Source: Longimicrobiales bacterium (GTDB lineage Bacteria; Gemmatimonadota; Gemmatimonadetes; Longimicrobiales; Gaopeijiaceae). From it: a stretch of DNA of 64,000 bases. A program made the translations under genes and the position numbers. Positions 48,340 through 58,853 of this stretch are shown piece by piece. How positions within the stretch are numbered: position 1 is the first letter of the stretch; each line of letters starts with the position of its first letter. The notes below the pieces were generated by a model that made no database searches, was not told the origin of the DNA, and worked only from the letters and a program-made list of their open reading frames with translations. The DNA is taken from assembly GCA_965202805.1 (NCBI GenBank), contig OZ241869.1:2496001-2560000 (forward strand), given 5' to 3'.

Positions 48340-49862
48340 CAACCTTCCCGGCCTGGTGGCTCCCGCCCGGGCTGCCGGGCGAGGGGACATCCGCGGCGGA
48401 CGCGGCGGCGGAAGGGAAGGCTGCTGTGGCGGGGAAGCTCGGTGGCGGCACCCACACCCCGTTCCCCGCAGGGCGGGACCCGGAGGCGGTGCAGCCGGTG
48501 GACGAACGACCGGCTTTCTCCACCGCGTCCGCAAGCGACCACCTCCGACTCCGCTTCCCCACCCCCGACCCCGCGTTCGCGCGCCGCCTGTGCGACCAGC
48601 TCATCGACGCGGGCACCCGCCTGCATGAGCGCCGCACCGACGCGCTGGTGGCGTCGCTGGGTCGCGCCGGAGCCCGCTTTCTCGACCCCGCCGACCCGAT
48701 CCGCACCGCGGCGCTCGACCTGCTGCCCGCCGCCGCCGGGCTCTCCCCCGCCATGGCCCGGGAGGTCCTGGACGGAATGGCGCGCGACTGGACCGCCGAC
48801 CGTCTCACCCGGCTGGTGCGCGCACAGTTTCCCGATCCGGGCGTGCTGGACGGCTTTCGGCCGGGGCCCGGCGGGTCACGGGTGCGGGCGTTCGGCCACC
48901 GACTGGTCGTGCAACTGGGCGCGGGCAACGTGGCGGGGGTGTCGGTCGGAGGGGTGGCGCGCGCACTCCTTGCCCGCTCCCCCGTGCTGCTCAAACCCGG
49001 CCTTCACGATGCCGTGCTCCCGGTGCTCTACGCCCGCGCCCTGGCCGACTGCGACCCGGAACTGGCGGCCGCCCTGGCCGTGCTCTACTGGCCGGGAGGC
49101 GCCGCCGCGGTCGAGGCGGAAGTGCTCGCCCGCGCCGGTCTGGTGGTGGTGTACGGCGGCGCCGACACGGTGGAGGCCGTGCGCGCCCGCATCCCCGCGA
49201 CCACCTCCCTGGTGGCGTACACCCACCGGGTCGGGGTCGCCCTGGTCGGCCGCGGGGCGCTCGCCGGCGGGCGGGCGGACCGAACCGCCCTGGATGCCGC
49301 GCGCGCCGCAGCCGCCTTCGACCAGCGGGGTTGCGTCTCCCCTCACCTCTTCTGGGTGGAGGAGGGCGGCGCGCTCACCCCCGCCGGGTGGGCCGCCCGC
49401 CTGGCTTCCGCCATGGCCGAGGTCGAAGAGGATCTCCCCGCCGGCCCCACCCCTCCGGAGGTCGCGTCGCAGGTCCAGCAGCTGCGCGGCACCTGGGAGC
49501 TGAAGCAGGCGGCCGGGGAGGGTGCGCGCGTCTTCCGCCCGGCGGGCGCGGAGTGGACGGTGGTCTACGACCCCGACCCGGCCTTCTCGGCGTCCTGCCT
49601 GGGCCGCTTCGTCCGGGTGAAGCCCGTCCCCGACCTCGAGGGGGTCGCCGACCTGCTGGCCGGGCTGCGCCCGTATCTGCAGACCGCCGCTCTGTGCGGC
49701 GCGGGCGGGCGGGCACCTTCTCTGGTCGAGCAGCTGGGAAGGGTGGGCGTCAGCCGCGTTACCTCGCTACGCCGCATGCCGTGGCCGCCTGCCTGGTGGC
49801 ACCACGACGGCGGCGACCCGTTGCGGGCGCTCGTCCGCTGGGTTGACTGGGAAACGGAGTAG
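48336..49862 (+). CDS. luxC: LuxC-family acyl-CoA reductase
   Basis: AGNV, LLKP, YGG, FDQRGCVSP catalytic Cys, P..W.HDG..PL..LVRW. Confidence 0.78.
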   Translation: MTTFPAWWLPPGLPGEGTSAADAAAEGKAAVAGKLGGGTHTPFPAGRDPEAVQPVDERPAFSTASASDHLRLRFPTPDPAFARRLCDQLIDAGTRLHERRTDALVASLGRAGARFLDPADPIRTAALDLLPAAAGLSPAMAREVLDGMARDWTADRLTRLVRAQFPDPGVLDGFRPGPGGSRVRAFGHRLVVQLGAGNVAGVSVGGVARALLARSPVLLKPGLHDAVLPVLYARALADCDPELAAALAVLYWPGGAAAVEAEVLARAGLVVVYGGADTVEAVRARIPATTSLVAYTHRVGVALVGRGALAGGRADRTALDAARAAAAFDQRGCVSPHLFWVEEGGALTPAGWAARLASAMAEVEEDLPAGPTPPEVASQVQQLRGTWELKQAAGEGARVFRPAGAEWTVVYDPDPAFSASCLGRFVRVKPVPDLEGVADLLAGLRPYLQTAALCGAGGRAPSLVEQLGRVGVSRVTSLRRMPWPPAWWHHDGGDPLRALVRWVDWETE

Positions 49863-49882
49863 AAGGCCCGCTGCCCGGTCCG

Positions 49883-50071
49883 TCAGTCCTCCGGCTGGTC
49901 CTCCGAGCGCCAGACAACCAGCTGACGCGACCCGTTCGAAGCCTCCACCCGCACCCTCAGCATGTCTCCCTCCACGATGCCGAGGTGGTCGCGCATCTCC
50001 TGGGGGATGGTGATCCTTCCCCCAACTCCCACGACAACGTCGCCGTAGTACAGCGAGCGATAGATGGCCAT
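49883..50071 (-). CDS. AbrB/MazE/SpoVT-family DNA-binding protein
   Basis: GRITIPQEMRDHLGIVEGD. Confidence 0.8.
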   Translation of the reverse strand: MAIYRSLYYGDVVVGVGGRITIPQEMRDHLGIVEGDMLRVRVEASNGSRQLVVWRSEDQPED

Positions 50072-50266
50072 GGCTTTCCCTGTGTCTGGAATCGAATCAA
50101 AAAACCGGAAGTGGTTTCCGTAGTATGGCCTGACGGAGACGGCCCGACGAGGCGGCGTTTCCCGGCCGGGAAGTTGCCGCAAGCCCATCCTGTTAACCTA
50201 GCGACGAGCGCAAGACCTGTGCACGCGGCATCGGCGCACGCCTGGCTGCGCCAACCCCGCCCCCCG

Positions 50267-52570
50267 TTATCGCGGGTCGCCCTCCGGCCTGCGGATGGTG
50301 AGCTCGCGCTCCACGGTGACCGACGCGCCGGTGGTCCGGTCGGTGATGGCGATGATGAGCCGGTGCGCCCCCTCCCCCGCTTCTTCCGCGGAGACCGAGA
50401 AGTACTCGGGCACCACCCCGTCGACGGGCTCGACGTTGCGCACGAAACGGACGGCCAGCTCGCCTTCCGCGCCCCGTATCAGGTTGCCCAGCGAGCGCAG
50501 GAGGCGCGCGCCCACGCTGCGCCGCTCCGCGTCCTGCAGCGTCACTTCCACGGTGTACTCCGACGAACCCGTGAAGTCGGTGGTCAGACCGTAGAGTTCC
50601 AGGTAGACGTGGATGTCGTCGTGCGCGTCGAAGATCAGGTCGCGCGAGGCGCCGATGGCAAAGTCGCGCCATCCGCCGGGCCGGTCGACCCGCGGCACCA
50701 CGCCCCCGGCCAGGACCAGATCGGAGGTGGACAGGCCCACCCGCCGTGCCGGAATGGCGGTGATCGTCCCCCGGTTGCGCGCGGCCACGCGGGAATCCGC
50801 CGCCAGCCCCTCGAGCGAGTACTCGAAGGTTCCGCGGGGCAGCTCGAAGGTGAACAGAACGTTGCCGGTGTCTTCGGCCTTCACCGCGTGCGTCACGCTG
50901 GCCGAGTCCTCATAGCTGCGGTTGAACAGGAACATGCCGACGCGCACGGAGTCGCCCTCGAACAGATTGAAGGAGTCCGGGTCGGCGCGCAGGAAGGCCA
51001 GCACCTCCACCTGCCCGGGCGCCGCCCCCCGGAAGCGGGCGATCTGCGCGGGGATCTCGGTCCAGCGGTTGACCGCCCGGCTCTCGAAGGTGGTGGTGGC
51101 CTCGCTTTCGCTGACCTGGCGCAGATACTGCCCGGTGTTTGCGTCGAAGTCGAAATCGACCCGGTTGTAGCCGAGCTGCCGGCGGAACACGAAACTGGGC
51201 ACCTCCAGCCGATAATTCCAGAAGATCCACCTGTCGTTGGCGCTGGCTCCGACCCGCTGGCCCGCACCGAGCCCCACGCCGGCGCCATCCCGCCGCAGCA
51301 TCCAGATGTTTTCCGGCATGCCGTAGCGAATCAGCACCTGCCCCCGGTCGCTGCTCCAGCCCGGCAGGCGCCGCTCCGGGTCTCCGAAGGCCAACTCCGC
51401 GTAGGTGACCCGCGCCACATGCTCCATCAGCCGCTCGTTCTCCGGTATGAGAAACAGCGGGTCGGACTTGGCCCACAGGATGCGCTCGTATTCCCGGGCT
51501 TCCTCCGCTTCGAGCTGTTGATACGAGGCCCTGTCCTCGTCATCCAGCAGGTAGGAAATGTTGTCGTAGGGCGCTCGCTCCGCTGGAGGCATGAGCGCGA
51601 GGCCTGTGTCGAAGGCGTCGCGCGCCGCCGCCCACTGCAGCGACTCGTAGAACGCCAGCCCCAGGAAGATGTGTGCATGGGAATCTTCGGGATTCACTTC
51701 GGCGAGGCGCCGAGCCTCGGCCGCCATGTCCTCGAAGCGGCCCTGGCGGTGGAGCAGCGCGAGCAGTCCGCGGGCGGCCTGAGGGTGGTCCGGGACGTGC
51801 GACAGAGCCGCTCGATAGTGGGCTTCGATGCGCGGCGGGTAGTCCACGTCGCGGTCGCTGGCGCGTCCCGCGCCCGCGAGCTGCCGGTTGAACGTGCGCG
51901 GTTCCGTGTAGTTGAGGCAGAAGGCCTGGACCCCGGCCGGACAGCGCGTCGATCCGGCGTACTCGTCCGTCCCGGGCGACCCGTCCCGCCGCCACCCGGC
52001 GGGCAGGAAGACCATGTGCTCGAAGTCCTCCATTTCCTCCGTGAGGATGCGGGCCAGCACAAAGTGCGACTGGGCCAGGACGTGTGGCTCAACGGCGCGG
52101 CTGCTCTCGGACCCCACCGTCCGTTCCAGAATCCTGCGCGCGTCCACGCGCATGAACTGGCGCCGTTTCAGGAGGGCCATCTCCAGCAGCACGCCCGCGT
52201 CCTCGTGGAGTCCCTCGTACGCCTCTTCCAGCAGCGCTTCCGCCTCCATCCGCTGCCTGAAGTCGGTCTCCCCCAGCGGCGCGGTGCGCGCCAGCAGCGT
52301 GCCCAGGGCGAATGCGATGTGGGGATCCCGGTCGTCTTCGTCCCGCGCCCTGCGCAACAGCCCCAGTGCGGCGGTCGTGTCCCCGGCTTCGACCAGGCTC
52401 GTGGCCTGGGCGACGGCGCGCGGCACCGAGACCTCCTGGACAGACTGCCCCTGAGACGCGGGCGCCGCGGGACGGACGGGAATCGCGGAAGCCGAAGCGG
52501 GTGCGGACAGGATGAGTGCCCATGCCAGCCACGCCCGGAGTCCGCGGGACGCCCGGAGGGACCGGCCCAC
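50267..52570 (-). CDS. GWxTD domain exported protein with TPR repeats (start uncertain)
   Basis: W...DP......NER..EH..RV.YA...F...GWSSDRG...IRYG.P; TPR-like helices; signal peptide. Confidence 0.75.
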   Translation of the reverse strand: MGRSLRASRGLRAWLAWALILSAPASASAIPVRPAAPASQGQSVQEVSVPRAVAQATSLVEAGDTTAALGLLRRARDEDDRDPHIAFALGTLLARTAPLGETDFRQRMEAEALLEEAYEGLHEDAGVLLEMALLKRRQFMRVDARRILERTVGSESSRAVEPHVLAQSHFVLARILTEEMEDFEHMVFLPAGWRRDGSPGTDEYAGSTRCPAGVQAFCLNYTEPRTFNRQLAGAGRASDRDVDYPPRIEAHYRAALSHVPDHPQAARGLLALLHRQGRFEDMAAEARRLAEVNPEDSHAHIFLGLAFYESLQWAAARDAFDTGLALMPPAERAPYDNISYLLDDEDRASYQQLEAEEAREYERILWAKSDPLFLIPENERLMEHVARVTYAELAFGDPERRLPGWSSDRGQVLIRYGMPENIWMLRRDGAGVGLGAGQRVGASANDRWIFWNYRLEVPSFVFRRQLGYNRVDFDFDANTGQYLRQVSESEATTTFESRAVNRWTEIPAQIARFRGAAPGQVEVLAFLRADPDSFNLFEGDSVRVGMFLFNRSYEDSASVTHAVKAEDTGNVLFTFELPRGTFEYSLEGLAADSRVAARNRGTITAIPARRVGLSTSDLVLAGGVVPRVDRPGGWRDFAIGASRDLIFDAHDDIHVYLELYGLTTDFTGSSEYTVEVTLQDAERRSVGARLLRSLGNLIRGAEGELAVRFVRNVEPVDGVVPEYFSVSAEEAGEGAHRLIIAITDRTTGASVTVERELTIRRPEGDPR

Positions 52571-52575
52571 GACGG

Positions 52576-52869
52576 TCAGGGAAGAATCGACCGGAGCAGC
52601 GCTTCCAGTTGGTGGCGCCTGAAGCTCTGCGCCTTTTCCACCGCCAGCTCGTAGGATTCCTCGACGAAGATGGCCGCGGTCTGCGCCGCGTCTCCGGATT
52701 CCCCGTCGGCCGGTGAATAGACCAGCTTTGCGCGGCACGGTTCCCCGCTCGAGGACCGCTTGGTCTCGAACTCCAGATAGACGTCCCAGATGCGATTCTG
52801 GTACGTGATGGTTGCGAGGTGCTGGCCCGGCATGGGCCTGAGGTCGGAGGGTACCGCAGGGTCGATCAT
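52576..52869 (-). CDS. Conserved hypothetical protein
   Basis: HLATI.Y..R.WDVYLEF...TA.IF.E...LRS.LP; coding-like. Confidence 0.65.
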   Translation of the reverse strand: MIDPAVPSDLRPMPGQHLATITYQNRIWDVYLEFETKRSSSGEPCRAKLVYSPADGESGDAAQTAAIFVEESYELAVEKAQSFRRHQLEALLRSILP

Positions 52870-53221
52870 GGTGGCTTACATTATCATCCGCGGGCCGGGA
52901 AATCCAGCGCCCCGACCCGGGCAAGTCGGGTGCCGCAGGCGCTCTCTCGCGGCCGTCTCTTCGCGTGTTCCGCCATCGTGACGCGGTCATCCTGCAGCAA
53001 CCCTCCTCGCGCGGGCGTTCAGACATCCTCCTGGAACTGATCTTTCGCGAACTCGTCCCTCCGTGTTCCAAATGAGCCTTTGACCCCATTCCGTTGACGC
53101 TCGCCACCGGTGCCCCTAACTTGCGGCCCGAATCACATGGGCCGCGTGTCTCCGTCGCCGCCGGATGCGAACGGCGCGAACCATTCCCGCAACCTCCACA
53201 CGCCAAGGAACCGCGCGCTTC

Positions 53222-53794
53222 ATGAAGGGAAAGCGGACTGCCGTTCTGGCTGGAGTCGTCGCAACGCTCGGCGCCCTCGCCTTCGTTCAGGAGAGCGACA
53301 CCCCCCAGGAGAGCCCGGATTCCGCCGTCGAGATGGCCGCGGCCGAACCGGATCCGCTGGCGCAGCCCATCGCATTCCCCCACGACATCCACGCCGGCGA
53401 ATTCGGCATGGACTGCCAGTACTGCCACTTCTCCGCCGAGCGGTCCGTCGACGCGGGCATCCCGCCGGTGGCCACCTGCCAGGGCTGCCACCTGGTCGTC
53501 CAGGGACGCAACAATCCGGAGGAAGTGGCCAAGGTGCGCGACTATGCGCTGCGCCAGGAGGCGATTCCGTGGGTGCGCATCTACAAGGTCTCGGACCACG
53601 TGCGCTTCCCGCACATGCGACACGTGGCGCCCGACGAGTCCGGCGAACCCCGGGTCCAGTGCCAGGAGTGCCACGGTCCGGTGCAGGAGATGGCGGTCAT
53701 CGAGGCGGTGAACCAGCCGCTCTCCATGGGATGGTGCGTGCAGTGTCACGTGGAGCGGGAGGTCTCCCGCGACTGCGCGGTCTGTCACTACTGA
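53222..53794 (+). CDS. actA: Alternative complex III pentaheme cytochrome c
   Basis: QPI.FPH..H; five CxxCH; MGWC; ends CHY. Confidence 0.88.
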   Translation: MKGKRTAVLAGVVATLGALAFVQESDTPQESPDSAVEMAAAEPDPLAQPIAFPHDIHAGEFGMDCQYCHFSAERSVDAGIPPVATCQGCHLVVQGRNNPEEVAKVRDYALRQEAIPWVRIYKVSDHVRFPHMRHVAPDESGEPRVQCQECHGPVQEMAVIEAVNQPLSMGWCVQCHVEREVSRDCAVCHY

Positions 53795-53882
53795 GCGAGC
53801 CGGAGTCGCGAGCAGCTACGGCCGGGAGCGGGAACGCGGAGCCCATGACCAGAAGCGGCACACCAGCGAGAAGCGAGAGCAC

Positions 53883-56800
53883 ATGAGCGGTGGCATCCAA
53901 CGCCGGGACTTCCTGCGGGTGGTGGGCGCATCCGGGGCCGGGGCCACCATGTTCGGCTGTTCCACGGACAACGTGGAGAAGCTCATCCCGTACGTGGTCC
54001 CGCCCGAGGAGATCACGCCGGGGGTAGCAACCTGGTACGCGTCCGTATGCGGGGAATGCGCGGCAGGATGTGGAATCTGGGTGCGCACGCGCGAGGGGCG
54101 CGCGGTCAAGATCGAAGGCAACCCGCAGCATCCCGTCTCCGGAGGCGCGTTGTGCGCCCGCGGGCACTCGGCCCTTCAGGGGCTCTACAATCCCGACCGT
54201 CTCACGGGGCCGATGATGCGCGACGGGGACGGCTTTACTCCGGTCAGCTGGGAGGATGCGGAGGCGCAGCTCGTCGAGCGGCTGGGCGCCGCGGGCGGAA
54301 ACGTGCTGCTCGTCACCGGGAGCGCCGGTGGAGCGCTCGGCCACCTCTTCGACCGCTTTGCGGAGGTCACCGGCGGCACACGCGTGGAATACGAGGCGCT
54401 GTCGGAAGCCCCGTTGCGGGAGGCTGCGCGTCTGGCATTCGGGCGCGATGTCGTTCCCACCTATGACTTCGAGGCCGCCCGCTTCGTGCTTTCCTTCGGC
54501 GCCGACTTCCTGGAGACCTGGCTGTCGCCTACGGCGTACGGGCGGGGCTTCGCGCGCATGAGCGCCATTGACCAGATGGGTTCCAAGGGGCGCTTCGTCT
54601 TCCTCGCGCCAAGGCTCTCGCTGACGGGCCAGAACGCCGACGAGTGGTTCCCCATCCGCGCGGGATCCGAGGCGGGGGTCGCGCTCGCGATGGCCGCGGT
54701 GATCGCGGGTGACGGGGCGGATGCCGGCCCGTACGCTGATCTGCTGGCCGGTTTCGACCTGGACGCGGCGGCGAATGCGGCCGGGCTCTCGACCGACGAG
54801 ATCGCGGACCTGGCACGGCGCTTCGTGACCGAAGGGCCCGGACTCGCGCTGGGGCCCGGCGTGAGCGGACAGCATCGAGGCGCCACCGGCGCCAACCTGG
54901 CGGTGCTGGTGCTCAACCACGTCGCGGGCAACATCGGCCGCTCCGTGCACCTGGCCTCGCCGGACCAGGCAGCCGCGTCCTCGGCGTACGCGTCGTTCGA
55001 GTCCGCCATGGGTTCGATGCGGGCGGGGGAGGTCGCGGTTGCACTCGTGCACGGCACCAACCCGGCCTATTCGCTGCCGCCCGCCGCGGGCTTCGCGGAC
55101 GCGTTCGGTGCCGTGCCGTTCAAGGTGTCCTTCGCCTCGGCGCTCGACGAGACCGCGCACCTCGCCGACCTGGTGCTCCCCGACACCCACCCGCTCGAAT
55201 CGTGGGGTGACTCCCATCCGCGTCCGGGACTTCATGCGGTGCAGCAGCCCGTAATGCGCCCCGTGCCGCTCTTCGATTCCCGGGACACCGGCGACGTGCT
55301 GCTCTCGGTCGCCAGCGCCCTGGGCCAGGACCTGGGTGCCGGCGACTTCCAGGCATATGTGCGCGCCCGCTGGCAGGAGATGGGCCTCGCGGGAGAAGAC
55401 GACTTCGACGGCTTCTGGCGCGAAGCCCTGCGCCGGGGAGTGGTCTTCTCCGAGCCCGGCGGGCAGGAGGGAGAGCAAGGGGACGCCGCCGGGCTGCTCT
55501 CTCCGGATCCCGCCGTCGGCTTCGACCTGCCCGCCCTGGACGGCGACCCGGACGGACTGGCCCTGGTCGTGTACCCGTCGTCCCGCTTCGGGGACGGACG
55601 CCAGGCCAACCGCTCCTGGATGCAGGAGCTCCCCGACCCGGTCAGCAAGATCACCTGGCATTCGTGGGTGGAGCTGCACCCGGCCACGGCGGAGCGACAC
55701 GGGCTCCGCGAGGGCGACATCGTGCGCGTGAGTTCGCCGCACGGCCAGGTGGAACTGCCGGTGTGGCCCTATGCGGGCGTGCGGGAGGACGTCGCCGCCA
55801 TCGCCATGGGCGGCGGACACACGAGCTACGGCCGCTACGCCGACGGCAACGGGGTGAACCCCATGGCATTGCTCCCGGCCGAATCGGAGCAGCCTTCGGG
55901 CGGTATGGTCCATCTCGCCACCCGCGTGACCGTCGAGCCCACCGGGGAGTGGCGCAAGCTCGCCAGCATCCACGGTTCGGGACATACCCAGGAAGACCGC
56001 AACATCGCGCCCGCCATCGCGCTTGCCGACGTCGGGCACGCGGAAGAGGAGCACGCGGAGCACGACCTCTACGAGCTGCAGGAGGTCGGCGGGTTCGTCC
56101 CCGTCCCCGCGGACGGGGAGCCCGGCGATTTCCCGCTCCCGGGAGCACGGCACGGCGAGTACGATCCGGAGACCACCCCCCGCTGGGCCATGGCCATCGA
56201 CCTGGACAAGTGCACCGGGTGCAGCGCCTGCGTGACCGCCTGCCAGGCCGAGAACAACGTGCCCGTCGTCCAGGAGCAACAGCTCCTCATGGGCCGCGAC
56301 ATCCAGTGGATGCGCATCGAGAACTACCTGGAAACCGTGGACGCGTCCCACGCGGGCCCGGTCGACGTGCGCTTCACGCCCATGCTCTGCCAGCACTGCG
56401 GCAACGCTCCCTGCGAGCCGGTGTGCCCGGTTTTCGCGGCCTACCACACCCCGGACGGACTGAACGCGCAGGTGTACAATCGCTGCGTGGGCACCCGGTA
56501 CTGCGCCAACAACTGCCCCTACAAGGTGCGGGTGTTCAACTGGTACGAGTATTCGGACGTGCCCGAGCCCCTCAACTGGCAGTACAACCCGGACGTCACC
56601 GTGCGGGGCGAGGGGGTCATGGAGAAGTGCACCTTCTGCGTGCAGCGCATTCGCGAGGTGGAAAACCAGTCGGTGCTCGAGGGACGGGACGTCGCCGACG
56701 GCGAGGTGGTGACGGCCTGCCAGCAGAGCTGTCCGGCCGAGGCCATCGTCTTCGGCAACATCCGGGATCCGAACTCGCGGGTGGCCCAGGTCACCGCGAA

Positions 56801-56903
56801 CGAGCGCTCGTACCGGGTGCTCGACGATCTGATCAACACCCAGCCGGCAGTCACCTATCAGCGGAAGGTGACGTTCCACGAGCCGGCCGCGGCGGGACAC
56901 TAG
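53883..56903 (+). CDS. actB: Alternative complex III subunit B (molybdopterin-oxidoreductase fold fused to Fe-S domain)
   Basis: Tat motif RRDFLR with lipobox FGC; C..C..C...C.AEN; CQHC.NAPCEPVCP; CVGTRYCANNCPY; EKCTFC. Confidence 0.9.
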   Translation: MSGGIQRRDFLRVVGASGAGATMFGCSTDNVEKLIPYVVPPEEITPGVATWYASVCGECAAGCGIWVRTREGRAVKIEGNPQHPVSGGALCARGHSALQGLYNPDRLTGPMMRDGDGFTPVSWEDAEAQLVERLGAAGGNVLLVTGSAGGALGHLFDRFAEVTGGTRVEYEALSEAPLREAARLAFGRDVVPTYDFEAARFVLSFGADFLETWLSPTAYGRGFARMSAIDQMGSKGRFVFLAPRLSLTGQNADEWFPIRAGSEAGVALAMAAVIAGDGADAGPYADLLAGFDLDAAANAAGLSTDEIADLARRFVTEGPGLALGPGVSGQHRGATGANLAVLVLNHVAGNIGRSVHLASPDQAAASSAYASFESAMGSMRAGEVAVALVHGTNPAYSLPPAAGFADAFGAVPFKVSFASALDETAHLADLVLPDTHPLESWGDSHPRPGLHAVQQPVMRPVPLFDSRDTGDVLLSVASALGQDLGAGDFQAYVRARWQEMGLAGEDDFDGFWREALRRGVVFSEPGGQEGEQGDAAGLLSPDPAVGFDLPALDGDPDGLALVVYPSSRFGDGRQANRSWMQELPDPVSKITWHSWVELHPATAERHGLREGDIVRVSSPHGQVELPVWPYAGVREDVAAIAMGGGHTSYGRYADGNGVNPMALLPAESEQPSGGMVHLATRVTVEPTGEWRKLASIHGSGHTQEDRNIAPAIALADVGHAEEEHAEHDLYELQEVGGFVPVPADGEPGDFPLPGARHGEYDPETTPRWAMAIDLDKCTGCSACVTACQAENNVPVVQEQQLLMGRDIQWMRIENYLETVDASHAGPVDVRFTPMLCQHCGNAPCEPVCPVFAAYHTPDGLNAQVYNRCVGTRYCANNCPYKVRVFNWYEYSDVPEPLNWQYNPDVTVRGEGVMEKCTFCVQRIREVENQSVLEGRDVADGEVVTACQQSCPAEAIVFGNIRDPNSRVAQVTANERSYRVLDDLINTQPAVTYQRKVTFHEPAAAGH

Positions 56904-56955
56904 AAGCAGGGCGCCTTCCGGCCCGCTGGCCGGTGGAGACGCGCCCGGGAGAAGG

Positions 56956-58332
56956 ATGGCGACAGCGACGGAAGCACCCCGCGGCGCGGTAGCCCACCCG
57001 GATGTCGGGTCCTACCAGCAGGTCAACGAGGACGTTCTCAAGATCCTGGGGCGTCCCGGGCGCGGGTGGTGGATTCTCTTCGGGCTGGCTTCGCTGGGGC
57101 TGGCGGTGTTCGCCGGTTCCTGGGCGAACCAGATCATCAACGGCATCGGGCTGTCGGGGCTGAACTCTCCGGTCGGCTGGGGCGCCTACATCACCACCTT
57201 CGTCTTCTGGGTCGGCATCGCCCACTCGGGCACCCTCATCTCCGCCATCCTCTTCCTCTTTCGCGCGCCCTGGCGGCAGTCGGTATACCGGCTGGCGGAG
57301 GCGATGACGGTCTTCGCGGTCATGACCGCCGGCCTCTTCCCGCTGATTCACGTGGGCCGCGTCTGGCACGCGTACTGGCTCATCCCCTATCCCAACTCGC
57401 GCTTCCTCTGGCCCAACTTCAAGTCGCCACTGGTCTGGGACGTCTTCGCGGTGACGACCTATTTCACCGTGTCCGCCGTGTTCTTCTACCTGGGGACCAT
57501 TCCGGATCTGGCCGCCGCGCGCGACCAGGCCCGCGGGCTGCGCAAGAAGTTCTACAGCGTCGTGTCGCTGGGATGGCGCGGAACCGACAGCGAGTGGCAC
57601 CACTTCGGCAAGGCCTACATCTTCCTCGCCGCGCTGGCCACGCCGCTGGTGCTGTCGGTGCACTCGGTGGTGTCCTGGGACTTCGCCATGGGCATCGTGC
57701 CCGGCTGGCACGCCACCATCTTCGCCCCCTACTTCGTCGCGGGCGCCATCTTCTCGGGCGTCGCCATGGTCATCACCCTGGCGGTGCCGATGAGGAAGTT
57801 CTTCGGGCTGGAGTCGTACCTCACCAACAAGCACTTCGACGCGCTGGCCAAGTTGTGCCTGCTGACCTCGCTGATCGTGCTGTACGCGTACCTCACCGAG
57901 TTCTTCATGGCCTGGTACTCGGGCGAGCCTCCCGAGCGCGGCGTGTTCTGGAACCGGGTGTTCGGGCCCTACTGGTGGGCGACCTGGACCATGCTGGTCT
58001 GCAACGGCATGGTGCCCATCCTGCTGTGGTTCAAACGGGTGAGGCGCTCGATCGCGGCGCTGTTCGTCATCTCGATCTTCGTCAACATCGGCATGTGGTT
58101 CGAGCGCTTCGTGATCATCGTCACCTCGCTCTCGCACGAGTACGAGCCCTTCGCCTGGGGCATGTACCGTCCCTCGCTCACGGAGATGGGCATCGTCCTG
58201 GGCAGCTTCGGATGGTTCTGCTTCTGGTTCCTGCTCTTCACGCGGCTGCTGCCGCCGGTGGCGATCGCGGAACTCAAGGAAGTGCTCCCCGCCCCGCTCC
58301 GACCGCGCGCCCGCAAGGAGGCTGCCCGATGA
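56956..58332 (+). CDS. actC: Alternative complex III NrfD-family quinol-binding subunit
   Basis: FVFWVGIAHSGTLISA, H.GR.W, SPL.WD, SVHSVVS.DFA, GMWFERF. Confidence 0.92.
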   Translation: MATATEAPRGAVAHPDVGSYQQVNEDVLKILGRPGRGWWILFGLASLGLAVFAGSWANQIINGIGLSGLNSPVGWGAYITTFVFWVGIAHSGTLISAILFLFRAPWRQSVYRLAEAMTVFAVMTAGLFPLIHVGRVWHAYWLIPYPNSRFLWPNFKSPLVWDVFAVTTYFTVSAVFFYLGTIPDLAAARDQARGLRKKFYSVVSLGWRGTDSEWHHFGKAYIFLAALATPLVLSVHSVVSWDFAMGIVPGWHATIFAPYFVAGAIFSGVAMVITLAVPMRKFFGLESYLTNKHFDALAKLCLLTSLIVLYAYLTEFFMAWYSGEPPERGVFWNRVFGPYWWATWTMLVCNGMVPILLWFKRVRRSIAALFVISIFVNIGMWFERFVIIVTSLSHEYEPFAWGMYRPSLTEMGIVLGSFGWFCFWFLLFTRLLPPVAIAELKEVLPAPLRPRARKEAAR

Positions 58333-58853
58333 GCGCGCAAGCCGGCCTGCTGGCCTCCTTCGACTACCTCGACGGGGCGGTGGACGCCGTGAAGGCGCTG
58401 CGCAAGTCGGGGTTCCGCAAGATCACCGCCTATTCCCCGCTGCCCGAGCATCATCTGGAGGAGGCCCTGGGGTACGATCAGAGCCCGGTGCGCGTGTTCG
58501 CGCTGGTGGGCGGCCTGACCGGCGCCGCGACGGGCTTCGCGTTCACCACCTGGACGTCGATGGACTGGCCGCTGGTGACGGGCGGAAAGCCCATCGTATC
58601 GATCCCGGCGTACTTCATCATCGCCTTCGAGCTGGCGGTGCTGTTCGGGGCGCTCTCCACCGTCATCGGCGTCTTCATCAACGCGAAGCTGCCCCGCCTG
58701 CGCCCGCCCGTGATCTACGATCCCGGGTTCAGCGGCGGTCGTTTCGGGGTGCACGTGAGCGCCCCCGCCGACCGCATCGAGGAAGCCCGCCGGATCCTCA
58801 ACGGAAGCGATCCGGCCGAACTCACGGAAGAACCCGCCCCATCCCATGGCTGA
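58329..58853 (+). CDS. actD: Alternative complex III subunit D (DUF3341)
   Basis: YSP.P.H, DWPL.TGGKP, FEL.VLF. Confidence 0.88.
   Translation: MSAQAGLLASFDYLDGAVDAVKALRKSGFRKITAYSPLPEHHLEEALGYDQSPVRVFALVGGLTGAATGFAFTTWTSMDWPLVTGGKPIVSIPAYFIIAFELAVLFGALSTVIGVFINAKLPRLRPPVIYDPGFSGGRFGVHVSAPADRIEEARRILNGSDPAELTEEPAPSHG

Noticed and set aside
47233..49862. Bioluminescence operon
   Set aside because: No luxA, luxB or luxD in the window
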